A stretch of DNA of 64,000 nucleotides, from positions 3,100,001-3,164,000 of the forward strand of contig OY986950.1 in NCBI GenBank assembly GCA_963920595.1, written 5' to 3'. Every line of letters begins with the position of its first letter. Within the stretch, counting starts at the first letter, position 1. The translations under genes were made by a program, and so were the position numbers. The notes under the pieces were generated by a model. It searched no databases, was not told the DNA's origin, and worked only from the letters and a program-made list of their open reading frames with translations. Positions 42,769 to 56,215 of this stretch are shown here, one piece after another. Source of the DNA: Eimeria praecox (taxonomy: Eukaryota).

Positions 42769-43820
42769 ATGCCTCGCCTTTTTCTGGCGTTCCTCCTTCT
42801 CTATGCGGCTAACAAGCTGCTGGACTCTTCCATAAGGACAGCTGTACCCTCGTCGTTTACGGCATATGCAGCTGTAGTACACGTCTCGTTGGAGCGGCCC
42901 TGCTGCAGCACCGCAGCACAGGGTCCTCTTGCAGGCTTAGGAGGAGGCCCCTTGCTTTCCCAAAGATGCCTCTCCCACACAAGTCTCGCTGCAGGTGTTG
43001 GGGGCCGAGCGGCGGCTTTCCTGTCATATGTTGGGTTGCCGTCACCGGGAGTCCTGGTTCATGGGATGCGACAGGCGCTGGGCCCCACAGGTCTTCAAAT
43101 GAGTGAAAAGCGATACAAAGAACAATTAATGGTGAGCAGCGCGCCTTCTCATCTTGTATCGTGAGCAGCTGCATGTGTGTCGACGTTCTCCAAGCAGCAG
43201 AACTGACTGTATTGTACGACGAGGTGTACATACATAAGCATGCGTGCAAGAAGAGCTGAGTGGAATGTGCAGGGGAAGAAGTTCACAAGTGTTGGCCGAT
43301 CATCCATCGCAAGACACTACAGAATTCAAGGCAGACGTGGCGGTCAACCCCGCCTGGGGAAGGCCACAGGCGTCCCTACAAAGCCAATCATTTTGCCAGC
43401 CAGGAGGTGGGGCTGCTGCAGCTGTCGCCTTTCCTGCTGCTACTTTTTGCGCTGCTGCTCTCTACTCTGTTGACGCTGTTATTGGAGGAGTTGCTGCTGA
43501 GTGGGGCTTCTAGTCTGCTGATAAGCACATTTTGTTAGTTACGTTGCACTTCTCAATGGTGCAGGTGTATGCTGCTGGGGAAGATGGACAACCGAAAGGC
43601 ACGGAGTATAAGCCATTCGGGTGTACGTACACACCGAGTGCAGCGAGTGAATTTGGCGTGGAAGCGTTTGTGGTGGCCTGAAGGGGGCCATTATGTACGA
43701 CTTCGTTTGTCTATGAAGGGCCTGAAGACCATAAAGAAGTACGGGCTTCAGCGCGCAGCAGACAAATTCAAGCTCAATTTGGAAGACAAACGCCTGTTTG
43801 CTGGCTACTCTCACAGGTGA
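42769..43820 (+). CDS. rpl28: Nucleus-encoded plastid-type (apicoplast) 50S ribosomal protein L28 (bL28)
   Basis: Exons 42769-43131, 43273-43406 and 43565-43820 give ARRCMLLGK.DN.KARSISHS..RTHRVQRVNL.WKRLWWPEGGHYVRLRLSMKGLKTIKKYGL, a cyanobacterial/plastid-type L28. A hydrophobic N-terminus (MPRLFLAFLLLYAA) plus a long extension fits a bipartite apicoplast leader. Confidence 0.9.
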
Positions 43821-44610
43821 GAGAACAGTTGCCCCATCGGCCTGAGTTGTGCATGCAAACCTGAATGCATGTTTGTTCTATCGGTTGATACCGAAGTGTC
43901 TGTTTCCTTACGTAGATGCGTCAAGTGATAGTTAATTGTTTATGCATACACAGAAATGCATGCATGGGCTCTCGTACCAGCCAAAATGTGGACATTTTGC
44001 TCGATGTTTTGCTTGCATACACAGTAATGCACGCAAGCATAATGTTGAAGACAAGAGGGTAGGAGGGGGTGCGACGTCAAGGCCGTTTGCTGCTTGATTC
44101 ATTCTTTGGTACAGGGGCAAATATCGCCACTCCGGCCTACAGGAGGCTTCACTTGGCTCTTCTGCAGGACAGCAAGGCGGGGGTCCTTCTCCTCCATCAT
44201 CTGCTGCCTTGGTCCCGCCTGCCGCGATTTCTCCTAGTGCAATAATGCCTGCTGCTGCTACACCTGGTGCGGCAGCATCTCCTATTGCAGTACCTGCTGC
44301 AGCAGTTGCTGCTGTCACGCCTACTGCTGCACAGCTTGCTGCGCCGGCGTCTTCTACTGCAGCCTCTGCTGTTGCACCAGTTGCTGCTACAGCACCTTTG
44401 CCCACTTGATTGGGCGGCTCAATTTGAATTCGTCTTAGTTTGAAGTGCTGCAGTGAAGAGCAGCGGGGCAGAAGACGAGAATGAGAGGAGGGGGAGGGCC
44501 GCTGGTCCGAGCAGTGTAGCCCAAAGGCTCTCTGTTTTTTCTCGCTGAGTGCTGGGTTTTGGGGTTGCTGGGAGCAACCCCATATTATACCCCAGCCAGC
44601 CCTTAGCTTT

Positions 44611-46575
44611 TCAAGCGTTTATAGGAGGTGCATCATCAAGCGACAAGGGAAGCGTTTTTGCGGTGTCTTCGCCGTAGTCCAGCTGAAACCATATAGACAT
44701 TTGTTTTATTTGAATGCCATTTAATTCTGTTTGAATGGGGGGAGAAGCGCGAAAAGACTGCATGCAGAGACAGTGGAGACTGACAATAACTACTTTTCTT
44801 CCTAGGCGGGGAGGAGCGAGGTAAATTGGGATCGGCACAAATGGGTCCGCCTGTGCTACATCAGCTTTTGCTGCTGCTGTTATACGGAATTCATCTTGCT
44901 GTACTGCTCGTTGAGGTCGAATTGTTTGTATCAGCTTGCCTACCTTTAGCCTCATTCACGATGACACACAGTTCGGCTGTACAGACACTCGGAGGGTGAC
45001 GTTAGATGACAGCCTGCTGTTTTCTGCTCGTCTTACGGTGTGTGCAGGCATTGTAGATGCCCTGTTCGGGGTTTTCTTCTGCTGTAGACTGCGTAGGAGC
45101 TGCATGCAGAAATATGACTTGGCCTCCACGTGCTCGACTGGAAAGCAGAATAATTGCAACGCCAGCCGATACACCAGAAGCCTTATGGGCTTTTTGAGCT
45201 TACCTCCTCCCAATAGCTGCAGAGGATTGTCCAGTGGTGTGCAGGTGTGCAGGGAGATGCATCTATACAAAGAAGGGGCGAAGATAAATAGATAAAGGCA
45301 ACAGACTTTCGCGGCCTTGTGGCTTTTCCTGGTGGTGTACGTCAGCCCCCGTCTCAATGAGCGTTCTGTATTTGGGGAGGAGACGAATTGTTGCCGCCTC
45401 ATTGCTTAATATTATCAAATATACGGTGGAAGTGACCCACTGGACGACGACTCCTGCCTCATCCTCCAGGCTGGAGAGTCGTTGTGAGGAGTATGTACAG
45501 CAGAACGAACGTCGAAACCGGCTTACGCGTGCGCGAGAGTCCTCGTCATAACAGTCTGCGATGAACGTTTAGCCTCCCTGTTCAGTGGGCACTGCTCGCC
45601 TTCGCAGTTGTGGCCACAGTGGAAGACGGGAACAGCAGTTACACCTCGATCGAGTTACCTTGCAGCCGTTCAGGGGTTGGGGAGCTGACAGACTCGTTCA
45701 ACACCACCCACTCCCTCGGTTTACTGCGCGTTGACAGCTGATTTTTAGCGCACATGGCCAGGCGTTTCTTAGGGGGGATTTGGAAGTAGACGGAATCTGA
45801 ACAGTATACATTGTCATTCACATATTTTCTTTATTGCTGCCGTTGATGGGATTTACTGCATTTTGCCGTAGGAAGAACCTGCTGAGTGGTTGTAGGTAAT
45901 GACTTTGGGTGCTTGGGGCCGTTTATTTCAATGACATTCTTCTTGAACGGCCCCTTCACGAATATTCGGCCAGCGGCTGGGGCGTATGTACGCTCAAAAC
46001 ACATCTGTAAACGCGCTACCTCAAGCACTGTGGTCTGTGTACATCCCGTGCGGGTTGGTCTTACAGGCGCAAATGCCCAAAGCTGCGCCTTCGCACTCGC
46101 CCCCACATTCTGCACCGTTATGCCGCTAGCCTGTCGAGGGAACAGTTGGGAAGAACCCTTGGGGTGGCTTAGAACAACTTCGTTTACCAGAACGACGACG
46201 ACGATGCCGTCCTGATAGCGACAGTTGAATGGAGTGGCAGGGGGAGGGATTGCCCGCATCACATTCCTCCTACCGGGTTTCGCGTCGTGGGAACAGTTAG
46301 CCGACCGCCAGGCTGTACACAATCGAAGAGAGAAGAATCTTATGAAATACACTTCGGAGTATTGGTAAACTTTTTCTGTTTGCACTCGCCTTGGTCCCCA
46401 CGAGGACGTCCGCCGGGCCGTCGAATATTTTGTTCAGCACGTCGTCGAAATCTCCATGCATGTGCAGCATTGAATCCAACACAGCAGGGGGCGCATTTCG
46501 GGTGTTTGCAAGAGCGCTTGCATAGCGGAGTCCCGTATTCAGCAACAGCAAGGTGAAAAGACGAACTATTTTCAT
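44611..46575 (-). CDS. Spliced hypothetical protein with a predicted signal peptide
   Basis: MKIVRLFTLLLLNTGLRYASALA... first exon, then exon-like blocks at ~46211-45880, ~45768-45660, ~44940-44793 and ~44684-44611. Exact structure and 3' end are uncertain (it may extend to ~43930). Confidence 0.45.
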
Positions 46576-46899
46576 TTTAATCGTATTCCGAAGGGAACAA
46601 AATATCTCCCCGTGTTGAGAAGCCCAGGGAATCGCCTGATCTAGATACGCGTGGAAGGAGCTCCATATACACCTGAAACTGATCATCATGATCCACCTAT
46701 CGACTGAGAAGTTTCATTCAAATGCTGGGTTAGTCGGGGCGTGTCCACTATTGAAAACAATGAAAAAACCAAAGTTTGTCGCACTTTTTTCAATTTCTGT
46801 TCTCCTTTGACGGGTTTAGCACGGTGCAGCAGTCTGAAGCAAACGAACTATCAGACGTATCCCGTTGCCAGCGGCTGATTCAGCCACTGCGGCATTCAT

Positions 46900-48211
46900 T
46901 CTTGAGCAGATATGAATGCCTTTTCACGTTTATTTATGTTACTTTACGTTCATACTGCCTGGAGATTGGCCGTATCCAGCATACGGCAGCTACGGATTCG
47001 GGGAGAGTGAGGAAACTTGAAAGCTGTCGCAGGCTAAGCCTAAGTTGCTGACTTTCCCCATTAGTATCTGCAAGTCGCTCGTTTGCATTTCCTTCGCCAC
47101 GTGGGACAGCACTGCGTGCGTTACCTCCATGACTCTGTGCACATTGCACACATGCATTTTTCAACTATTTTCACTATTGTTTTTGGCACAGCTGTTATTA
47201 CTTGGCACTTGTACTACCCTTATCACAAGCATCAATATTACTTTATTAACACCACACACTTCTTTGCCACCGTCGTTATGCACCGACACTGCAGCAGCCC
47301 ACCGAATAGGAGTATCCATGAGGTAAGCCACTGCCGTCTAGCTAGCTCGAAGATTGTAACCGTTTTGTACGCATGCATATCATCAGAGTTTCATTACATA
47401 GACACCCATGCAAGCGTGGTACGTTGCATGCATTCATCTGCAAGGCCGCGCGACTACAGAAACTGCGTATAATTCTCTAACTTGAACATTGCATAGCCTT
47501 GGGGTTGCTGCAGCAGCAGCTGAAGCAGCAGCAGCAGCAACAGCAAAGACCGAGAGGAGCAATGCAACGTACTTCCGTTTTCCCTCTGGTGTATCCAAGG
47601 CGTGGGGTGCAGAGATCATCACTGAGCTTTCTCTCGTCTTCGCTTGAGCACAGTCGGCTCTGCCAATGCAAATAAGAAACTCACGAGGGTCCTTCCTGTC
47701 TTTTTCATAACAAGCTGAATGAAAAACCCCAGCCCGTCCCATCGCTTCCTGTCGCCATAGCACACACACGCACACACGTAAACACTCCAGACAGATAAAT
47801 ACAAGCAAAGAATCCTCCCTTTCCAGACATACAGCCATACACGGCTGGATAGGCAGAGGTGTACATACATCCCAAGCATAAACACATGAATGGTTTCAGT
47901 TGAGCCCCCCGTTGCTGCAACAGGCAGTCTTCGCTACATATGTGACGTGTGATGGGTCTATGGGTGTAGGGGACAAAGGCTTTTAAATCGATTACTTTTA
48001 CTGCCGGGCTGAGCGAGTAGGATCTGTCGCTGCTGGAGGCAGAGGGGGTTGGTGGGTTGGTGGTGCCTGGATCCGCGCTGAAGAGGGGGCAGGGCCAGCC
48101 AGACAGCCAGCAGATGGTCTGTGCAATCACAAAAACGAATGCAACTGTTTGGATGGTGAGCCGCAGCCAACCCCTCAGACGCCTCGTGAGAGGCGGCTGT
48201 CTCCCCTCCAT
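46900..48211 (-). CDS. Possible small spliced protein with an N-terminal hydrophobic anchor
   Basis: MEGRQPPLTRRLRGWLRLTIQTVAFVFVIAQTICWLSGW..., followed by exon-like blocks at ~47713-47572 and ~47040-46943. Frames were not resolved. Confidence 0.35.
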
Positions 48212-48324
48212 CTCCTCACGACGTCCATACAGGCCTAAACATCTGTCAGTAGCAAACCAAAGCAGCGAGGGCTGGTGCGACTGTTGCTCCTGCTGCCACT
48301 CAATCCAGGGGCGGCTGCTGCTGT

Positions 48325-48359
<35 letters not shown>

Positions 48360-49912
48360 CAACAGCAACATCCAGGGAACAGTCTAGAGGGAAGACACAA
48401 GCTGCAGGGGCCAGTCCTGCGCTGCGTCGGCAGCGGTCTCTGCAGTTCCCAGCTGCAAACCCGAGGATATATTGAAGGGATGAATTATTTTTTAATGAAA
48501 TTAATATTAAAGAAATATTCTTCGTTATATACGATGAAAACGGCCGCTTTATGCTCGCAACTTCGGCGCATGCTCGAACTGGTTGGGGGGCCCCTGAAAC
48601 CGAAGCCAGTTCATTTCAGGGCCCCGAGCAGGATATCGATTGATGCGTTTCCTTTCTACACACAAGGAAAGTGTTAGTTGAACTGATCAATTGCACTTGA
48701 GTGCTTTGTTGCTCCACCTTTGCTTCGAGTTTAGCTCGGTATTCCCAGTGTGTGTGCTTGGTGGGGCGCCACAGCATTTGCTGCCCGCAGGTGGATTTAT
48801 ACTGCAAGACAGTTTTAACCCATGACTTAGCTATATAAAGTAACAGAAGTGTTGTCGTTGTTTCTGGAAGGTCGTTGACCTGAATTGAGGTGTGCATACA
48901 CTGTGGTTGGTAGCAGGCCTGACCTGGGACAAAACTACGAGAGTAGGCTGGCGTTCTCTTCCCCCTGTTTTTAGCTTTTCATTCGGCTTTCTTCGGCTCC
49001 TGCACTCACTACAGCCGAAGCGGCAAGCCTGGTCTGTTACAAATCCGCCTTAGCTGTACATAATATACATATTAGCTGCGGCAGCTGCGCCATTTCCTAT
49101 GTATAGTATATACAAATATAGGGGAGATAGAGCTTGGTACTCTCTTTACTGCCTAGTTGGGAGAACGGCTGCTGAGCTTTTCACCCTCTACATGCTGAAT
49201 CTGAATCTGTACAGAGTGGTAGTACTTCAGATATGATGTGCGGCCTAGCCGCTATTGAATACTGCATGAACAACGGCACGCCCCTGCCCTACGCAGATCA
49301 AATTTAGGAAGGGGAGATTATCTCCCCCTCTCTCTAACTCCTTCATTTTGTTTGGCCAGTTAGTGCCGTCAAAACCCGAATGAATCAATGGCTCCTTCGG
49401 CTATGGGGCGCACAGAGAGAAACCCCAATGCATGCAAAGGCATGTCCCCAAGGAGGCTCAGATGAATCCCTTAGACCAAGGGGGCCTTTGATGCTCATTT
49501 TGCTGCAAGCGTCAAATATCTTTCCTCCCGCCTCGCCACACCTGGAGCGGCAGCCGCTGCTGTTGCTGTGGGAAATGGCGCCGAATCCTAGGAGCAGCTG
49601 AGAGCCCTTGAAGCATCTCCCTCAGGAGAATGCCTCTTGAGTGCGCACAGCCCTTACCTCACAGCAGCACAAACACCCAAAGCAGCCAAATAACTTTCCT
49701 TCACCTCTGTCTGATGCCTCGTGCGGCATAGGCCCCTTACAGGGGCCGTCGCAAGACACCAGGGGGCCGTGTAAGGGGCCCAGGGCGCTCAGAATCAAGT
49801 TGCGAAAAAGAGTGGGGGAGAAGGAGACCTGCTTCCGGCCTGAGAGGGGGACTTGCTGCATTGCTCAGCATTTGAATAACCTGTCAGCAGCGAGGCTGGC
49901 TGCCGCTGCCGC

Positions 49913-50391
49913 TCACGAACTCAGCCCCAGCAGGGAGTTAAGGTCCACCTCCACGTCCAGCAGGTTTGCAGTATACAACTGCTGCAGCAGCTGAGCGCAT
50001 GCAGCAAACGTGGGGCGCCTCGAGGGCTCCGGCTGCAGACAACTTCGTAGGAGACCCCGCAGCGGCCGCGGGATCTTGTCAAGAGGAGGGGTAACTCCCC
50101 CATACCCCACAACGGTTATAAGGTGAGACGGAGATGAAATGCCTGCAACAGCAGCATCGCAGCACACTCGACCAGCTAACAACCAAACCACGTGCATGCA
50201 CACACAGCACGATGTACAATGAAAACACAGAAACAGAAGAAGAAAGCCCCCAGGTCTTGAACTGAGGTGCTGACGAGAACAGGCCTGCTTCAGCATGACC
50301 CATGGCGCAGCAAACGCAGCAAAGTACACCACGAAGAAGCGCCACTAAAATTGTGATATTTTCTGGGAGGCAGAGAGCCCCCCTCTGCCTA

Positions 50392-50481
<90 letters not shown>

Positions 50482-53400
50482 TCGCAGATTTAGCAGCTTT
50501 CCCTAGCTGTTTAGCTCGTTTGGTGTACCCCATAAAAAAAAGAACAACTACAGCTCAACCGTTAACAGGGGAAGTCAGAGACTTCGTAAGACAAACAAAA
50601 ATAGGCGAAAAACTTATAACGGAAAGTATGCAATATGGAACAAGGAGAACAAACAGCCCAAAAGCCCGAGCAGAGATATCAGCAATATAAAGACAGACAT
50701 AATTAGCAGAACTAAAAGCGTGGTGCGAAGTACAGCAGACAATATGCCATAATACAGCATATAATGTAGCATATTATATTATGCACATTATTGTAAACAT
50801 GATAAAAACGAAGTCTACCTGAGAAAGGCAAGCCGCCCACGAGCATTTCCCACATGACAATGCCGAAGGAGTAGACGTCAGCAGCAAACGTGAAAGGCTC
50901 CCCGCGAAGAACTGCAAACAGAAGCAGCAGCCGTGGCAGCAGCAGTAGCAGGTGGAATATACGCATTCAGCCAGCTGGCACGAACACCAGCAGCCGCAAG
51001 AACGCCAGCAACCGGAAGAGGAACTGTCATTTGCAGCAACAGCAGAACCCCAAGGCGCACATAGAACAGCAACAGAACCAGAGACAAACACACGACAGAA
51101 CAACAGACAAAGACAGGCAGAACATGCACAGGAAAAGCGATTCCCTCTCTTCTATTTCAAACAATTCCTTGAGAAGGCATAGGGCTCCCGAGCAGCCCCC
51201 GTACTTTCGCCTTGAGTTATTGATTAGCAGTTACTAAAACACCCACGCATATCAACATTAATGTAATGATGAGCTGTACGCACGAATAGCTTCAAACTTG
51301 TTTTTGTACAGCTCACTAGGCTTATTCACACTTGTTCGCATGAAGGTCCATTCAAGTTCATATTCATGTTCATGTTGATGCGAAATGAAAGCAAGTACAT
51401 ATTTATATGAAATTACATTCATCCTCATATGAAGGTCTTTTCATGCTCAAGCTATATAAGCCTATTCCTCTTCATGCGGAGGTGTACTGATGCTCACATT
51501 CAGTGAAAGCGAATGCATGCTGATGGAGGTATATACATGCTCATGTAAAGTAAGTACATTCCCGCATACATGAGCTTAACACCCCCAACGTCCATGCGAA
51601 TGCATTCATGCTCACGCGAAAGCATATTCATGCTCATAGTATGGTACATGGTAGTATGGTACATACATATTAATATGGAACCAAAAACCCATTCCTACGG
51701 AGGGAAATGCATGTTCATATGAAAGCGTATTCGTGTTCATAATAAGGAGCGCTCAAGATCAAATGAAGGCGAATATGCGTTCATATGTATAAAAATGCAT
51801 GTGCATATCAAAGTAAATATAGGATATATATTTTTACATACGTAAAGAACATATGTAAGAAGAAAAAACATAGGATATGTGCTCATACGAAGGTGCATTC
51901 ATGTTCACACGAGGCTGCATTCAGGTGCATTAGAAAGGGTCTTAAGGGAGTCTTCGCAGATCCGCTGCTTACTTTCTGGAGCCATCCAGTGATGCGTTCC
52001 AACGCAGCCAAGATGAGCTGCCTGCGGGTCATTCGGCTGCTGGTGCCCCTGTTGCTGCTGCTGCTGCCGTTGCTGCTGCTGCTGCTGTTCTTGAGCGGCT
52101 GTCCACCAGTCTGGGCCGCCTGCTGCTTCCACAATAGTGGCGAGACCAAAGTCGCACAGACGGACTTCTTCGTTGCTGGTTAGGAGAATATTAGGGCTTT
52201 TCAGGTCACAGTGCATGACTCCCTTGTTGTGTAAGTAGCTCATGCCTAGAGCCACCTCCCTCGCGAGCTTAACGACCTTCATAAGCGGCAAGGATACCCG
52301 CCGCTTGTGCAACAAATCAAACAAAGAGCCCCCAGAGACGTACTCTGTCACCAGTCCGTACACAGGGGGCCCCACAACCCCCAGCAGCAGCAGCACATTG
52401 GGGTGGCGTAGCAGCGAAAGCACAGACAGCTCCGCATACAAGCTGCGCTGGGCCCCTTGGCTGTCTCTCTGTCTGAAGGCCTTCACTGCTACCTGCATCT
52501 CGCCGCAAGACTCTTGTTTCTTCGTTTTCATGTCTTCCGTGCCCCTGTCCCAGTAAGGTGGGCGTGCACCCCACACAGGCCCAGGCGCATCCTTGGGGCT
52601 CCCTTCGAGAGACTCGAAGCCTTCTACACCTTGCAGGGAAGACATCCACAGCTGCTGCTGCTGCTGCTGCATCTGCTGTTGTTGCTGACGTTGCTGCAAC
52701 AGCTGCTGCTCTGCGTGCAGCTGGCTGCTGGAGGCGGCTTGCCCCAGGCGGTGTTGCGCGTCGAGACTCCTGGTGTATCTCCAGGTGGCCTTGAACACAC
52801 GGCTGTAGCCGCCCTCGCCTATGGGACCCTCTATGTCGATTTCTGCTGCAGGAATCAGAATACGCTGCAGCAGATAATCTCGTGTCATCCATCCTGCCTT
52901 GTACAGCCCCCGGAGGCGGTTGCGGTGGCGTAGCTTCAGCAGCAGATCTACAAGCAGTAGCAGGAGCCGCCTCTCCTCCCACATTTTCACGCCCATCTCC
53001 CTAAGGTCCCTGTCTGTCAACGCCAGCAGCGCTGGGCCGTCCACCTGTTGCTCCTTCATCAGCTGCAGCAAGCTGTCTGTACATCCCACGCTGCGCAGGA
53101 GACACTGCACGTGCTCTTCCCCCCAGTGCCGCACAGCAGCAGCAGCGGAGAACTGCCGCAAAGCCTCCATGTGTTCGGTCAGCCGCTGGTCCATGCCAAT
53201 ATCTTTCTCTTCAGCGCTGTCCTCGCTGCTGCTGCTGCTACTGCTGCTGCTTATGATCCCCACTGCAGCAGCAGCCCGACGCACAGAAGCCGGTCTTCGG
53301 CGCATTGTTGCAATGCGTCGTCGTTGTTGCTGCTCTTGCTCCTGCTGAAGCCGTTGTTGTTGTTCCTGTTGCTGCTGCTGCTGTTGCTGTTCCCAGGTTT

Positions 53401-55727
53401 GCTGCGGCGTCTCTCTCCCTTCGGCGTTAGGGCTCGCATCCTGTGGGTGTTCCGTCTGAAGATGCTGTGTCTGAATGAGTGTGACTGTCTCCTTTTCCTC
53501 ATTTTCTATTTGTTTCTGAGTGTGCTTGCGGATTCTATGTTTCCCTTTCCTGCTGCATGGCAGCAGCTGTCTGCTGGATATCAGCAACTCCTGCTTCAAG
53601 ACGCGGCCCCTCTCCCACTCTCCCCCATATATCATTCCCCCTGCATATACCATAATCCCCCTTCCGTGCTTCTGGCCTAGACTGAACTGTCCTACATATC
53701 TGCAGCCCTGACTCAGACTCTGCATACCAAAGCCGTGCCGAAGGCCCCCTACCCACTGCCCTTCATACTTAGAAGGTGTGGGGCCCCGTAGCAGCACCCC
53801 CCATCCCTCTCTCCTGTCTAATCGCCAGAAGCCACAGTAGCCGCTGACAGGCCTGGGCCCGCTAGGCAGACCCAGGCCCGTCTGCAACCCTTCTCCACTT
53901 CCTTTAGGACCCAATCCCAGTGGGGGACCCCACGGAGGCCCCCAAGGGGCCCCATAGGGGCCCCCACGCAGCGACCCTCCCCACGGAGCCCCTCCCTGCG
54001 TAGGCGGATCTCCTGAAGGCCCCGGCAACAGCACGCAAGGCCCTTTGAGAGGCCCGCAGCCCAGACGACGTAGGGCCCCCTTCCCCCATAGGCCGCTAGG
54101 GCCAGCACTGACACCTCCCCCATACAACGCAAACCCGCAGCCATGAGCCACGCAGGAGGCGAAGGTCTCGCCGTAGTACAGACGGTCGTCTTGGGATAAC
54201 AGCAAAGATAGTTGAAGGTGTAAACGAGGGGAGACAGCAGAAGCAATTCTGCCATCGCATCTCTCTTCTTCAGATGAACTGTCCTCAATGACAGACACAC
54301 CCACGGAACAATCCCCAGTGCCACTGCCCCCGACCCTCTTGCTGCTGCTGCTGCTATTTCTGCGGTCAGGGGCCCTGGCGTTTGTACTGTTCTGTGTCGC
54401 TGTGGTGGGGGTGCGCTCAGGCTCTTGACTCGCCGCCGCTGCTGCTCCTCTTCGGATCGTGCTGCTGCTGCTGCTACTGCTGCTGCTGCTAGAGGAACCA
54501 CTATCTAGCTGCAGAAGGCGGCGTATCCAACGGAAGAAGCCGCTGGGTTTCTCTCCAGTGTCTCCGCGATTGTTGCTGCCACCGCCTGCAGCACTATCTT
54601 GCTGATTCTCTTTGGCGGCGCGTTCTGCTGCTGCTGCTTCGGCTGCTTCTGCTTCTGCTGCTGCTGCTGCTGCAGCGTTAAGGTAAGGGAAGGGGAGGCG
54701 GCTGCTTGCATTTACCGGTGGTATGCGCCCGTGTCGCTCCAGCTCCTGCAGCGCTTGTTGCCGCAGCAGATGCGGATCTGTAGTAGGCAACAGAGTCTGA
54801 TGCTGCTTAAAGCTCCGAGACCCCTGGGCATACGACCGCGAAGACCCATAGGCAGCTGAGCTGTTCCACCCACAAGCAGATGAAGCGCCTGCTGCTGCAG
54901 CAGCAGCAGCTGCTGCTGCTGCTGCTGCTCGGGCGCGTTTGCCGCGGTCTCTACCCGTGCTGCTTCGAGTCCCCACTGCTGCCTCAGCGGAATCAAAGGA
55001 GGAAGCCTGCTGCTCTGCGCTGCGGTCATGTTCCTCCTGCTCCTGCTGCTGCGGCTGCTGTGGGTGGTAAAGACGTCGCTGCTGCTGTAGTGGGGATGGA
55101 GAGTGTGGCACGTATGGGGCCATAGAGGGCGCAGAAACGCCCCGCGGGTAGCGAATTGCGCTGAGTCTGGAGTTGCTGTTGCTACTTCTGTCATTCCTGC
55201 TGCTGCTGCTGCTGCTGCTACTACTACTACTGCTGCTGCTGCTGTCTTCTTCTGTATGCCTTGGAGCAACTGCTAAGCGGGGAAACAGAACAGGCCCTGA
55301 GGTGTTTACTGCTGCTGCAGTTGGTGCTGCTTCAGCCGTCTGCTCGTCTGTTGCTCCCGCACCCTGTGAACCGTCATCCTCAGAAGCAGAAACCCCAGCA
55401 GCAGCAGTGTCAGCAGCAACGGAGGTAGCCGCTACATCATCAGCAGCTGGGCTGCCTACGCAGGTGACCTCTGTCACTGTCGGTTGCAGCTCTGGGGCAC
55501 ACCCAGGTTCTTGCTGCTGTGGGTCGGGCTGCTGCTGCTGCTGCCACCGGGTCCTGTGGGAGCGCTGTAACTGCTCCTGCTGCAGCGAAGAGGTGTCATG
55601 GTGCTGCTGCTGTTGCGGCTGCTCCGGTTGCTGTGGTTCCTGCTGTTGCTGGAGCTTCGGAGTCTCTTGCCGTTCCGTCAGCGTAGAACTCTCTGGAATT
55701 GCAGATGCACTTTCTACGTGCTGTTGC

Positions 55728-55763
<36 letters not shown>

Positions 55764-56215
55764 CTGTTCTGCAGTTTGTTGCGCTGCCCACCTCTTCTGC
55801 GTTGGTGCCTGCGAGGTTTTTCGTCTGTCCTTTGCTGTCGGCCCCTCCGTTCTGTTGGATGCTGTTGCTGCTGTTGTTCTTGCTGCTGTTGTTGCTCAAG
55901 GGCTTGGGACTGGGCCCCGTTGCTGGGGGTATTGCCTTGACTATAGGTACGGCTTAAAGACTCTCTGTAAGCTGTTCGACGTCCTTTGTTGTTCCCATAG
56001 GAGGCAGGGTTGTCTGCCGCTCTCCCTGCTGCTGCTGCTGCTGGTGACCTGGCTGCTGAGTTGTTGTTACCGTGGGGATTTCCTGTGGTTTCTGGAGGCT
56101 CGGTGAGCCGTGGGGGAGGCGGAGAAGCCGGGCCAGCGTCGGGTGTCCGTACACCCCAAGCCTGCCGCTGTTCTGAGCCTGAAGGCACCGCGGCCACAGC
56201 AGGCCATTCCCCCAT
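49913..56215 (-). CDS. Tyrosine-kinase-like (TKL) protein kinase with MORN repeats and a SAM domain
   Basis: Exons 56215-51973, 50911-50819 and 50142-49913 splice in frame. MORN repeats ([36 protein letters not shown]); SAM ([10 protein letters not shown]...[22 protein letters not shown]); kinase motifs [41 protein letters not shown] and RPTF. The architecture matches apicomplexan TKL1/TKL3-type kinases. Confidence 0.95.
50395..50478. repeat. (AT)n microsatellite, intronic
   Basis: Read directly. Confidence 0.95.
51320..51930. repeat. Degenerate ~22-nt minisatellite (consensus near ATTCATGCTCATATGAAAGCGT) in the TKL intron
   Basis: Repeated attcatgctca/attcatgttca/catatgaaag/catacgaagg units. 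Confidence 0.7.

Noticed and set aside
45320..45365. Ankyrin-like LIETGADVH on the minus strand
   Set aside because: A single short match with no TPLH motif or neighbouring repeats.
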